Shown piece after piece: positions 26,763-36,064 of a DNA stretch of 44,320 bases. The number at the start of each line of letters is the position of its first letter. Positions within the stretch are counted from its first letter, which is position 1. Source of the stretch: an uncultured Clostridia bacterium (lineage in GTDB: Bacteria; Bacillota; Clostridia; TANB77; CAG-508); assembly GCA_944386735.1 (NCBI GenBank), contig CALXCH010000003.1:1-44320 (forward strand). Reading direction: 5' to 3'. The position numbers and the translations under genes were made by a program. The notes below the pieces were generated by a model that searched no databases, was not told the origin of the DNA, and saw only the letters and a list, made by a program, of their open reading frames with translations.

Positions 26763-27635
26763 ATGGTGAAAAAAGAATTTAATTTACTTCCAATAAAAAA
26801 TGATTATGTCTTTAAGAGAACTTTTGCATATAAAGGAAATGAGGATGTATTAATTGACTTATTGGAAGCAATACTAGAAAGAAAAATAGTAAAAGTAACA
26901 ATAAAAAATCCAGAAATGGTATCAGAAAAAGAAAATGGTAAAAAATTCATATTAGACATTAAAGCAGAACTAGATGATGGAACAATTGTTGATATTGAAA
27001 TGCAAACAGCAGATGAAAAAAATATAGAAGAAAGAAGCACAGCATATATATCAAGAATGATATCAGAACAACTACAAGCTGGAGAAAAATATGTTAAATT
27101 AAATAAAGCTATATTTATAGGAATATTAGATTTTGAATATTATAAAAGAAATAGCTATCATAATATAGCAAGAGTAAGATTCGATGAAATAAAAGAAGAC
27201 AGCTATGTATATATGGGATATAAAGATCAAGATGAAATAGCATCAAGATATATAGAAATGCACTACATAGAGCTTCCAAAATATTTTAAGAAAAATCCTA
27301 AAATAAAAACAAAACTAGATGAATGGCTATATTTATTTTCAGGAGATGAGGAGAAAATGGAAATGGTTAAAAGAAAAAATAAGAAGGTGAAAAAAGCTAT
27401 GGATACATTAGAAAGAATAAGTTTAGACCCAAAAGAAAGAGAAATGTATGAGTCTATTCAAACAGAGGAATTTCTCCAAAGAATAAGTGAAAATAATTTT
27501 AAAGAGGAAGGTAGAAAAAGTGAAAAAATAGAAACTGCTAAGAAAATGCTAAAAGATAATATGGAAATTAAGTTTATAGAAAAATATACAGGGCTAACAG
27601 AAGAAGAAATAGAAGAAATAAAAAAACAAATTTAA
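26763..27635 (+). CDS. Rpn-family recombination-promoting nuclease / putative transposase (PD-(D/E)XK, PDDEXK_2-like)
   Basis: N-terminus LPIKNDYVFKRTFAYKGNEDVLIDLLEAIL and ...FILDIKAELDDGTIVDIEMQ are typical of the YhgA/Rpn-like family. SD GGAAAGGAAG upstream and a hairpin terminator downstream. Confidence 0.7.
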   Translation: MVKKEFNLLPIKNDYVFKRTFAYKGNEDVLIDLLEAILERKIVKVTIKNPEMVSEKENGKKFILDIKAELDDGTIVDIEMQTADEKNIEERSTAYISRMISEQLQAGEKYVKLNKAIFIGILDFEYYKRNSYHNIARVRFDEIKEDSYVYMGYKDQDEIASRYIEMHYIELPKYFKKNPKIKTKLDEWLYLFSGDEEKMEMVKRKNKKVKKAMDTLERISLDPKEREMYESIQTEEFLQRISENNFKEEGRKSEKIETAKKMLKDNMEIKFIEKYTGLTEEEIEEIKKQI

Positions 27636-27643
27636 TTTTTAAT

Positions 27644-27678
27644 GCTAGAAATTTACAACTTTTTGTAAAAATTCTAGC
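27644..27678 (+). terminator. terminator after the Rpn-like gene
   Basis: gctagaa.tttaca / tgtaaa..ttctagc forms an interrupted stem, followed by TTTATTTTTTT. Confidence 0.6.
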
Positions 27679-27728
27679 TTTATTTTTTTAGAAAATTACT
27701 ACAATTCCCTGTTTTTGGCATTCAAAAA

Positions 27729-27761
27729 TGAGACAAATGAGGCCCGTCCCCACTTGTCTCA
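27729..27761 (-). terminator. hairpin overlapping the pbp2 stop codon (copy 2 of a repeated element)
   Basis: tgagacaa (27729-27736) pairs with ttgtctca (27754-27761). ATTTTTG follows on the minus strand. Confidence 0.55.
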
Positions 27762-29879
27762 GTTCATTATTTGAACATATGGCTCTGCTGTCATATCTTC
27801 TTCTACAGTTTGAACATTCATTCCAAAATATTCTTCCATTATATCTCTTACAACTTCTGCAGTATAGTTTCCGTGTCCACCATTTTCTACTATAACCACA
27901 ATAGCAATTTCTGGATTTTCAAAAGGTGCAAAACCAACAAACCAAGCATTAACTCCTCCTGTTGTCTCTGCTGAACCAGTTTTTCCACCTACACTAATTC
28001 CAAAATCTTTAAATCTTACATATGCTGTACCTGAACTATCTTGTGTAACAGATTCCATACCTGCAAGAACAGCATTTAAATATTCTTGATTAATATTAAT
28101 ATCCTCTACTTGTTCTTCTTCTATTCCTAATTTTTTATTTACAAAGCTTTCTATGTCCTCTTTAGATACCTCTGAACCATCTGAATTTCTTATTGTCCTT
28201 ACAATAGTAGGTTGTATTCTATTTCCTCCATTTGCTAGCATGCTTATGTATCTTGCCATTTGAACAGGGCTAAATGAATTATCATTTTGTCCTATTGCTG
28301 ATTGCAAAGTATCAGCTGCATACCAAGTTGAATCATTTGGATGTAGTTTAGCTTTTGTTTCAGGACATGCAACATATCCCGATGTTTCACTTGGCAATTC
28401 AACTCCTGTTTTTGTTCCTAAACCAAAATATTTTGCAAATTTTGCTAAAGTATCTATTCCCATTCTATCTGCCGTTTCATAGAAGAAATAGTTACAAGAT
28501 TTTTCAATAGCTCCTGAAACATCAAGCCAACCATGTCCTCTATGATAATCATTATAATACCAACATCTTGGTTGAAAATCTCTATATTTTGTATATATAC
28601 CTGTATCATTTATTTTTGTTTTTAAATCTATTGCTCCTGATTCTAAACCAGCTATTGCTGTTACCATTTTAAATGTTGATCCCGGTGAATAAGAACTTTG
28701 CACTGCTTTATTTACTAAAGGATGTGCCTCATCGTTATTATAATTATTCCAATTTTCTGTACTTATTCCACCTACAAAATCTGCTGGATTATATGTAGGA
28801 TAACTTGCCATTGCTAAGATTTCTCCACTATTTACATTCATAACAACACAAGCACCAGATTTAGCATCAAAACTTTGTCCAAAACCTCCACTTGAGATTT
28901 TTTGAATATTTGCTGCTAATGCATCTTCCGTAACTTTTTGAAGATTAGCATCTATCGTAAGGACTACATCAGAACCTTCTACAGCTTCTTTTGCAACATA
29001 TTCAGCAGTTGTTGTTCCATCAACAGCCATATCTATCTGTTTTGTTCCATTTTTTCCTTTTAAGTATTCTTCAAATACAGCTTCTATTCCAGTTTTACCA
29101 ATAATATCATTTTGGCTATATGTATCTTTTCTTGTTTCATATTCTTCACTACTTATTTGTGAAGCATAACCTAAAATATGTGCAGCAAGCGTTCCTGATG
29201 TATATTTTCTTACAGGTTTTACTGAAATATTTATTCCTGCAAATTTTTCTGAACTTTCACTAAACTCTGCTACTGCTTCTCTTGGAATATTGTCTGCTAT
29301 TGTAATTGATTTTGTGCTGCTATAACCTTCTATAGATATTTGATATCTAATAGCTATTATTTTTCTTATTTCTTCAGTATTAGTTGTATTTGTTATCTCA
29401 TATTTTTTTACAAATTTATTAAAAGCTTCTTCTGCACTTATATTTTCATCTAAATTATTGTCCTTTTTCCACTTTGCTAAAGTTTCATCAGATATTGTGA
29501 ATGCATATGGATTTATACTAATTGGGAAAGAATCAGGATAAGAAACTCCATATTTTTCAAGGACTTGTATCATATTTAATATAGAAATATTAAGCTGGTT
29601 ATCATCTATTTTTGTTTTATACATCTCTAAAGAAAATTGCATATCAGAGCTAACTAACGTTGCTCCTGTTCTATCTAGAATATCTCCTCTTGCTGCTTCT
29701 AATGTACTTTCTCTTGTAAGTCTTGTATTTGATTCTTCTCTATACTCTGCACCATGTACTATTTGAAGGTTAAATAGTTGGACAATTAAAATTATTCCTA
29801 TAATATAAACAACAACTGTTAATAAATTAAATCTAAGATTTATATTAGCTTTTTTAGGAGTTTTATTTCTTCTTATCAA
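27759..29879 (-). CDS. mrdA: penicillin-binding protein 2 (class B transpeptidase)
   Basis: N-terminal TM, SxxK (PGSTFK), KTGSAE (KTG) and position after mreD. TTG start with SD AGGTGA. Confidence 0.85.
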   Translation of the reverse strand: MIRRNKTPKKANINLRFNLLTVVVYIIGIILIVQLFNLQIVHGAEYREESNTRLTRESTLEAARGDILDRTGATLVSSDMQFSLEMYKTKIDDNQLNISILNMIQVLEKYGVSYPDSFPISINPYAFTISDETLAKWKKDNNLDENISAEEAFNKFVKKYEITNTTNTEEIRKIIAIRYQISIEGYSSTKSITIADNIPREAVAEFSESSEKFAGINISVKPVRKYTSGTLAAHILGYASQISSEEYETRKDTYSQNDIIGKTGIEAVFEEYLKGKNGTKQIDMAVDGTTTAEYVAKEAVEGSDVVLTIDANLQKVTEDALAANIQKISSGGFGQSFDAKSGACVVMNVNSGEILAMASYPTYNPADFVGGISTENWNNYNNDEAHPLVNKAVQSSYSPGSTFKMVTAIAGLESGAIDLKTKINDTGIYTKYRDFQPRCWYYNDYHRGHGWLDVSGAIEKSCNYFFYETADRMGIDTLAKFAKYFGLGTKTGVELPSETSGYVACPETKAKLHPNDSTWYAADTLQSAIGQNDNSFSPVQMARYISMLANGGNRIQPTIVRTIRNSDGSEVSKEDIESFVNKKLGIEEEQVEDININQEYLNAVLAGMESVTQDSSGTAYVRFKDFGISVGGKTGSAETTGGVNAWFVGFAPFENPEIAIVVIVENGGHGNYTAEVVRDIMEEYFGMNVQTVEEDMTAEPYVQIMN

Positions 29880-29909
29880 ACTATCACCTACTTCCTTTTC
29901 TTACTATTG

Positions 29910-30344
29910 TTAAAAATATCTCGTTAAAATTTTATTTCCTTTATATTCATTCTCTATATAATATCCTGCTTTTTGTATTAGTGGATATAATATAATTGCT
30001 AAAATTAAATTATATACAATCTCAATTGCAAGTATCCTTAAAAAGTTTACGATTTCTACATTTATTGCTAAAAATATATATTTTAATAAATAATTTAGTA
30101 CTTCTACTAAAAGAGTAGATCCAAAGACCATAAGCATTATTGTCATCCTACTGTCTTTTGAAAAGTTTTTATCAAATACTCCTGCCAAAAATCCTACCAT
30201 TCCTAATGTTACAGCATTTATGCCTACTTGTTCACCAAGCAATAAGTCTAACATTACCCCTGTTGCTACTCCATAAATTGTTCCCATTGTTCTACTTGCA
30301 AATAATCCTATAAACAATACATATATAATAAATAAATTAGGCAT
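29910..30344 (-). CDS. mreD: rod shape-determining protein MreD (ORF as tracked; the true 5' end appears to lie in another frame, see findings)
   Basis: Polytopic small membrane protein directly after mreC. ATG 30344 has no SD. A 28-codon ORF (TTG 30444 to TAA 30358, MKKLVINIVLILV...) with SD AGAGGTGA encodes an MreD-like N-terminus in a different frame. Confidence 0.7.
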   Translation of the reverse strand: MPNLFIIYVLFIGLFASRTMGTIYGVATGVMLDLLLGEQVGINAVTLGMVGFLAGVFDKNFSKDSRMTIMLMVFGSTLLVEVLNYLLKYIFLAINVEIVNFLRILAIEIVYNLILAIILYPLIQKAGYYIENEYKGNKILTRYF

Positions 30345-30457
30345 GCAACCTGCAATATTAAACCAAGTAAAGAAGTTTGATTGAAGATAATATATAATTA
30401 ATCCGTACTAAAATTAAAACTATATTAATAACTAGTTTTTTCAATTAATTCACCTCT

Positions 30458-31273
30458 TTATTGATTTGTTATTACAAGCACTGTATCTAATTTATCAAAA
30501 TTTACGGCTGTTTCTATTACAGCATATCTATCTGTTATATTTTGTGCATTTTCTACACTTCTTACTGTTCCAACATGAATTCCTTTTGGATAGATACCTC
30601 CAAGTCCTGAAGTTTCAACGCTATCTCCTTGTACAACATTTGCATCTGTAGGTATATACATTCCTCTTAATGTAGAGTCTTCTTCTAATGTTCCTTTACA
30701 TACTATACTATCTTCTGTTGTACTTAATGTACAGCTAACAGAACTTGCTGTATCTATAATTGTTTGTACTTTTGCTGTATCATTTGTTACAGAAATCACA
30801 TGTCCTACTAATCCTTGGTCTCCAATTACAGTCATATCTACTTGTACTCCGTCATCACTTCCTACATTTATGACTATTGTTTTTGAATAATTGCTAATGT
30901 CTTTATTTATTACATATCCTGGAACTGTAGTATATTCTCCATATTTTTCACTTAAATTTAAATATTCTTGTAATGTTTCATTTTGTGTCTTTATGTTTTC
31001 AAGTTCTCTTAATGATTGCTCTAATTCACTATTCTTTTGTTTTAATTCTTCGTTTTCTTGTTTTAAATTATTTATATCTGTAAAAAATGTGCTATTCCCA
31101 CTTAATTTATTTTTTAAGTATGTTAATCCGTTTTGTATAGGCATAACCAAATTAGTTGCAGCATTTTCAAATAAGCTTGTGTTTTTTTCTCCATTTGAAA
31201 ATATTACAATTAAAATTAAAACTATAATAGTAATAACAATTCCTATAATTCCGCTTTTTTTCTTTCTATACAT
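30458..31273 (-). CDS. mreC: rod shape-determining protein MreC
   Basis: N-terminal TM, coiled coil (NNLKQENEELKQKNSELEQSLRELENIK) and C-terminal beta domains (GLVGHVISV..., GGIYPKGIHVGTV). Confidence 0.85.
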   Translation of the reverse strand: MYRKKKSGIIGIVITIIVLILIVIFSNGEKNTSLFENAATNLVMPIQNGLTYLKNKLSGNSTFFTDINNLKQENEELKQKNSELEQSLRELENIKTQNETLQEYLNLSEKYGEYTTVPGYVINKDISNYSKTIVINVGSDDGVQVDMTVIGDQGLVGHVISVTNDTAKVQTIIDTASSVSCTLSTTEDSIVCKGTLEEDSTLRGMYIPTDANVVQGDSVETSGLGGIYPKGIHVGTVRSVENAQNITDRYAVIETAVNFDKLDTVLVITNQ

Positions 31274-31289
31274 TTTTTACTCCTTGTTT

Positions 31290-32324
31290 TTATCTTCTAT
31301 TATTTCTTGCATTTACAAGAACTCTACCTAAACGTTCTATATCTTCTAAAACTTTTCCCGCTCCTCTTACAACACAATCTAATGGTTCATCTGCTACATA
31401 AACAGGCATTCCTGTTTCTTGGCTTATAAGCTTGTCTAGATTCTTAATTAAAGCTCCTCCACCTGCTAGTACTATACCTTTTTCCATAATATCTGCTGCA
31501 AGTTCTGGAGGAGTCTTTTCTAATGTCATTTTTACTATTTCTACTATTTTTGAGATTGATTCTTTCATAGCTTCTTCTACTTGTGCAGATGTAATAGTAA
31601 CATTTTTAGGTAAACCTGTGCTTAAATCTCTTCCTCTAATCTCCATAGATTCTTCTGTCATAAGTGGCATTGCACAACCAAGCTGAATTTTTATTTGTTC
31701 TGCCGTTGTTTCTCCAATTGCTAAATTCATTTCACGTTTTATATAATTTACTATGTCTTCATCAAGTTCATCTCCTGCCACTCTTAGTGAGTGACTTACT
31801 ACTATTCCACCTAAAGAAATAACAGCTACTTCTGTTGTTCCTCCTCCTATATCAACAATAATATTTCCACTAGGTTCTCCAACATCCAATGATGCACCAA
31901 TTGCTGCTGCCATTGGTTCTTCTATTAGATATACTTCTTTTGCTCCTGCTTGCATTACTGCTTCCTCTACTGCTCTTTCTTCTACTTCTGTTATTCCAGA
32001 AGGTACTCCTACTACTACTCTTGGCTTTCCTATATTATATCTTTTTCCTACTTTTGCAATTATGTTTTTAAGCATTAATTGTGTCGCTGTAAAGTCTGCT
32101 ATAACACCATCTTTCATAGGTCTTACTGCGCTTATTTGTTCTGGCGTTCTTCCTAGCATTTCCTTTGCTTCTGTTCCTGTTGCTACAATATTTCCTGTTC
32201 TTTTATTTATTGCAACAACTGATGGTTCTTTTAAAACAATTCCTTTTCCTTTTAAAGCTACTAAAAGATTAGCTGTTCCTAAATCAATTCCAATATCTTT
32301 TGATCCAAATGTAAAAAATTTCAT
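31290..32324 (-). CDS. mreB: rod shape-determining protein MreB (actin homologue)
   Basis: [12 protein letters not shown]...[16 protein letters not shown]...[20 protein letters not shown]...[14 protein letters not shown]. Confidence 0.95.
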   Translation of the reverse strand: MKFFTFGSKDIGIDLGTANLLVALKGKGIVLKEPSVVAINKRTGNIVATGTEAKEMLGRTPEQISAVRPMKDGVIADFTATQLMLKNIIAKVGKRYNIGKPRVVVGVPSGITEVEERAVEEAVMQAGAKEVYLIEEPMAAAIGASLDVGEPSGNIIVDIGGGTTEVAVISLGGIVVSHSLRVAGDELDEDIVNYIKREMNLAIGETTAEQIKIQLGCAMPLMTEESMEIRGRDLSTGLPKNVTITSAQVEEAMKESISKIVEIVKMTLEKTPPELAADIMEKGIVLAGGGALIKNLDKLISQETGMPVYVADEPLDCVVRGAGKVLEDIERLGRVLVNARNNRR

Positions 32325-32360
32325 AACTCTATGTTCCTTTCTTTGTTTTATTTTTATTCT

Positions 32361-33071
32361 TTATGTCTTTTTCCTTCCTTCTTCTAATAAAGCAATTTGC
32401 GTAAAGATACTTGTATATTTCATATTTCCAATTATTAAATGATCTAACATCTCTATTCCTATTACTTCTGCCATCTTATTTATTTTTTCTGTATATATTA
32501 TATCTTCTTTACTTAGAATAGGTTTTCCACTTGGGTGATTATGTACTAATATAAATTTTGGTGCTTTCATTCTAATTGGCTCATATAAAATATCCTTTAT
32601 AGGAATATCTACAATATTAACAGTTCCTTTGGCTACATCTTCTATTTTTAATATTTCATTTACACTATTTAAAATAGCTACTTTTACAACTTCTTCTTTT
32701 TTTAGCTTTAAGTCACTCATTAACATTTTAGCTAAATCTCTTGGACGCTTTATGGCTATATTTTTATAATTTGATTTTTTAAACATTCTAACTGCTATTT
32801 CTCCTACTGCTTTTAACTGTATAGCCTTTACTTTTCCTATTCCTTTTTGTTGCATTAATTCTTGTATTGTTAATGTATTTAAGTAATTTAAGTTTTCAGC
32901 TGTTGTATTATTTAGACTAAGTAACTTTTGCGCTAATTGTACTGCTGTTTCTTCTCTTGTTCCTGTTTTTATTATTATTGCAAGTAATTCTGCATCTGAT
33001 AATACTTTTTCTCCATACATTTCTAACTTTTCGTATGGTCTTTCTAATTCTGGTAATTCTTTTATTTTCAT
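32361..33071 (-). CDS. radC: RadC-family JAMM/MPN protein
   Basis: IKELPELERPYEKL...LSDAELLAIIIKTGT and HNHPSG motif. ATG 33071 is preferred over the track TTG 33077. Confidence 0.85.
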   Translation of the reverse strand: MKIKELPELERPYEKLEMYGEKVLSDAELLAIIIKTGTREETAVQLAQKLLSLNNTTAENLNYLNTLTIQELMQQKGIGKVKAIQLKAVGEIAVRMFKKSNYKNIAIKRPRDLAKMLMSDLKLKKEEVVKVAILNSVNEILKIEDVAKGTVNIVDIPIKDILYEPIRMKAPKFILVHNHPSGKPILSKEDIIYTEKINKMAEVIGIEMLDHLIIGNMKYTSIFTQIALLEEGRKKT

Positions 33072-33133
33072 AGACAAAATATTCTCAAATCCTTTCCTTT
33101 TTAGATTCCCCTATATTTTGTCCCTATTTATCC

Positions 33134-33391
33134 CTATAATTTTTTATAAATAAATACTGCAAGCACCATTCCTATTATACTTGCTATATTAATTCTAAAT
33201 ACTAACCCAAATGTTATTTGTATAACGCTTAAATCAAGTGTTATAGGTGTATTTAGTCCAAAATTTTGGCCATATCCTAGCCACCAAAGCCAACTAACCC
33301 TCGATGCTAATTCTCCTAATAATCCTCCTACTACTATTCCTGATAATATAAAAACTAATAATATCCATACGTTTTTTTCTTTTGTTGCCAT
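33134..33391 (-). CDS. small membrane protein, DUF4321-like
   Basis: 85 aa with two TMs. GGLLGELA...GYGQNFGLNTPITLDLSVIQITFGLVFRINIASIIG resembles DUF4321 proteins of Clostridia. SD GGAGGG upstream. Confidence 0.6.
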   Translation of the reverse strand: MATKEKNVWILLVFILSGIVVGGLLGELASRVSWLWWLGYGQNFGLNTPITLDLSVIQITFGLVFRINIASIIGMVLAVFIYKKL

Positions 33392-33730
33392 TTTTTATCC
33401 CTCCAAAAATTTCCTTTTCTCTTACGGCTATTTATTTTTACACACAAGTATTATATATTGAATTAACAAATTTTTCAAGTATTATGTCTTTATTTTTACA
33501 AGTTTAATAATTTTGCTAATTAAAAAAGTAAAGGCAATTAAGAATTTACTTGAGTTCCTTACTCAAATAGACCGTTTGAAAGAACAAGCAAAAAAAGCTT
33601 TAAAACTAGAATACTGTTTAATCTTATATATCTCAGTTTTTACCAATTATTATAATTAGTCTATTAATTGAACAAAAAACTACATAAATTCAAGTATTTT
33701 TAGTAAAACATCAAATTAAACTAAAAAAAC

Positions 33731-33761
33731 GAGGTGGAAAACTTTTAAAGTTTTCCACCTC
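33731..33761 (-). terminator. rho-independent terminator after the ricin/NlpC-P60 gene
   Basis: gaggtggaaaac / gttttccacctc forms a 12-bp perfect stem. GTTTTTTTAG follows on the minus strand. Confidence 0.75.
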
Positions 33762-33789
33762 AACTGTTGACATTAAGTCTTTATCTTAA

Positions 33790-35910
33790 CTAATTAGGTA
33801 ATTCGCATTTACTTGTTTCTGCATCATAAGGAGAACCAAAACCTATTAAGTCATTATCTAGATTTCCTATAATTACACCAAGAGTTGTACTTGCTGCATG
33901 AATCATTTGACCATCATGATAATATATTGAAGCATGTCTTGAACCATAAGTTGCATGGTTCTCAATATTTGCTGGATCTCCCCAGAACATAATATCTCCT
34001 GGTTTTGCTTGTGAAAGGTCTGTTTTAATACCATTTTTATTTTTGATATATGGATATTGCCAGCTCATATCTTGGTCATCATCTCTAGTACCTGTTCTAA
34101 ATCTTATACCTGTTGCATTTGTTACGCACCATGCTGTCAAACCATCACATACAAATCCTGTTGGTGCTTGAAGTAATTCATAGTCACAACCTACACGAGA
34201 TAATGCAAGTAATAATGTACGTTGACGTTGGTCTCCAACAAGTTGTGGTAATGGTGCAGTCTTTCCATGGCCTCCTGGTAAATCATCAAAAGTTGGTAAA
34301 TGCCATGTTGCACGTCCTTCACTATCGAAATCATATATTGAACCAAATTGTGCTGGATCCGTCATTGTTGGGTCTACACGAGTACAATTTGTTACAAGTT
34401 TTCCTGTTTGTGGGTCTGTACAATACATTGAGCCATTAACACTAAACCAACCAACTGGTGTTTTTTCTGTTAACTTCCATAACTGTGCAGTTGAACTATT
34501 TCCTTCATATTGTTGTACGTTTGCACCAAGTGCTGAAGAATTATCTGCTACATCCAAATATTTACCTGAATTTGTATTTCTTAGTCTTATATAACCTCCA
34601 TCTGCAACTTCAGACCACCATCTTTGGCATGTTGCACCATTATCTTCCCACTGACGTACATTTGCTCCATTATCCATACTGCCATCTTCTACATCTAATG
34701 CAAGTCCATACATTGTTGTAATCAAATATCCTGAATCTGTATAAGTAATTCTAAATCTTTGGTTATTTTTATTGTTCTTTTCCCACATTATGATATTAGT
34801 TCCCCAGTCTGAACCAGAATTATCTAAATCCATTGTTGTTCCTAATGGTGATGAAATTTCGTACCATCCATCTTTAATTAAATGTTCTCTATTTACTAAG
34901 AATCTTTGAGCTTCTTGATCATTATTTTTCTCCCATACTTGTATTTTTGCTCCACTGTCATTGCTATTTGAATTAATATCTAAGTAAAGCCCACTTTCTT
35001 TATTCTTAAAGGTAATTCCATTGTTCCATTCTACTTTCCAAGTATTTGCATCACTTACTGGAGTAGAACTATTTCCTAATTGCACAACTTCTGAACCATT
35101 TTCTTTCCCTGTTTCTGTTAACCATCCTCCTGATGATACTGTACGTATACGTACTTCATCTTTAGCAACTCTATGTATTTCAAAACGTTGTGCTAAAGAG
35201 TTATTTACCTCCCATAAGTTAAGTGCAGTTCCATCATTAGAAGAATTATTTGGTACATCTAAACCTACTTTATAATTTGCTGCTTTTTTAATTGAAACAA
35301 TGTTTTCACTTAATAGTTCTGTTTCCTCTAGGTTAAACTTTTGAGCATCACTATTAATATAATCCCACTGTTGTACATTTGTTCCATCTGTGAAAACTCC
35401 TCCGTTTACATCTAAAGCTTTTCCAGAACATTGTGCTATAAAATTATATGTTCCATCTGCGTTTTTATTAATTTTCCATCTTTGTGCAGATGCTCCATTA
35501 TCCTCCCATTGACGGATATTTACACCATTATCTTGTCCACTATTTTCTACGTCTAATATCAATCCTGAGCATAAGCTTGCTATCTTATAATATCCATTTC
35601 CTTCATATGAGATATAAAATCTTTGGTTTGCATCTCCTGCATTTCTATCCCATATTTGAAGATTTCCACCCCAATCCAAAGAATTATCATTAATGTCAAG
35701 TACATAGTTACTATTTTTTGCACAAGATATTATATAAACTCCATCTTTTACTGTCTTGCCTGATAAAGCATCTGTAATACTTGTAATTGTTCCTTTATTT
35801 AGGTCTAATGTTATTGTTCTTGCAAAAGTATTTGAATTTCCTATTACCACAAATAAAATCATTATAATTAAACATCCTATAATTTTGTTTATTTTTTTAA
35901 TTCTATTCAC
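33790..35910 (-). CDS. secreted protein: three ricin-B (beta-trefoil) lectin domains plus a C-terminal NlpC/P60 (C40) peptidase domain
   Basis: Signal peptide (...GNSNTFA). Nine QxW-like subrepeats (QRF, QRW, QKF, QRF, NTW, QRF, QRF, QRW, QLW). C-terminal TGFVCDGLTAWC...PGDIMFWG...RHASIYYHDGQMIHAAS gives Cys/His/His spacing like NlpC/P60. Confidence 0.7.
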   Translation of the reverse strand: MNRIKKINKIIGCLIIMILFVVIGNSNTFARTITLDLNKGTITSITDALSGKTVKDGVYIISCAKNSNYVLDINDNSLDWGGNLQIWDRNAGDANQRFYISYEGNGYYKIASLCSGLILDVENSGQDNGVNIRQWEDNGASAQRWKINKNADGTYNFIAQCSGKALDVNGGVFTDGTNVQQWDYINSDAQKFNLEETELLSENIVSIKKAANYKVGLDVPNNSSNDGTALNLWEVNNSLAQRFEIHRVAKDEVRIRTVSSGGWLTETGKENGSEVVQLGNSSTPVSDANTWKVEWNNGITFKNKESGLYLDINSNSNDSGAKIQVWEKNNDQEAQRFLVNREHLIKDGWYEISSPLGTTMDLDNSGSDWGTNIIMWEKNNKNNQRFRITYTDSGYLITTMYGLALDVEDGSMDNGANVRQWEDNGATCQRWWSEVADGGYIRLRNTNSGKYLDVADNSSALGANVQQYEGNSSTAQLWKLTEKTPVGWFSVNGSMYCTDPQTGKLVTNCTRVDPTMTDPAQFGSIYDFDSEGRATWHLPTFDDLPGGHGKTAPLPQLVGDQRQRTLLLALSRVGCDYELLQAPTGFVCDGLTAWCVTNATGIRFRTGTRDDDQDMSWQYPYIKNKNGIKTDLSQAKPGDIMFWGDPANIENHATYGSRHASIYYHDGQMIHAASTTLGVIIGNLDNDLIGFGSPYDAETSKCELPN

Positions 35911-36064
35911 AATAAAATCCCCCTTTCTTTTGCAAAATTTTCCTACTCTAATTATACTACTCAGAACATATTTTTGTCAAGTTTTACATAAGTTTTTTTA
36001 TTGTAACTAAGCAAATAAAAAACAACTAACTTTTCATAGTTAATTGTTTCTTATTTGTTATTTA

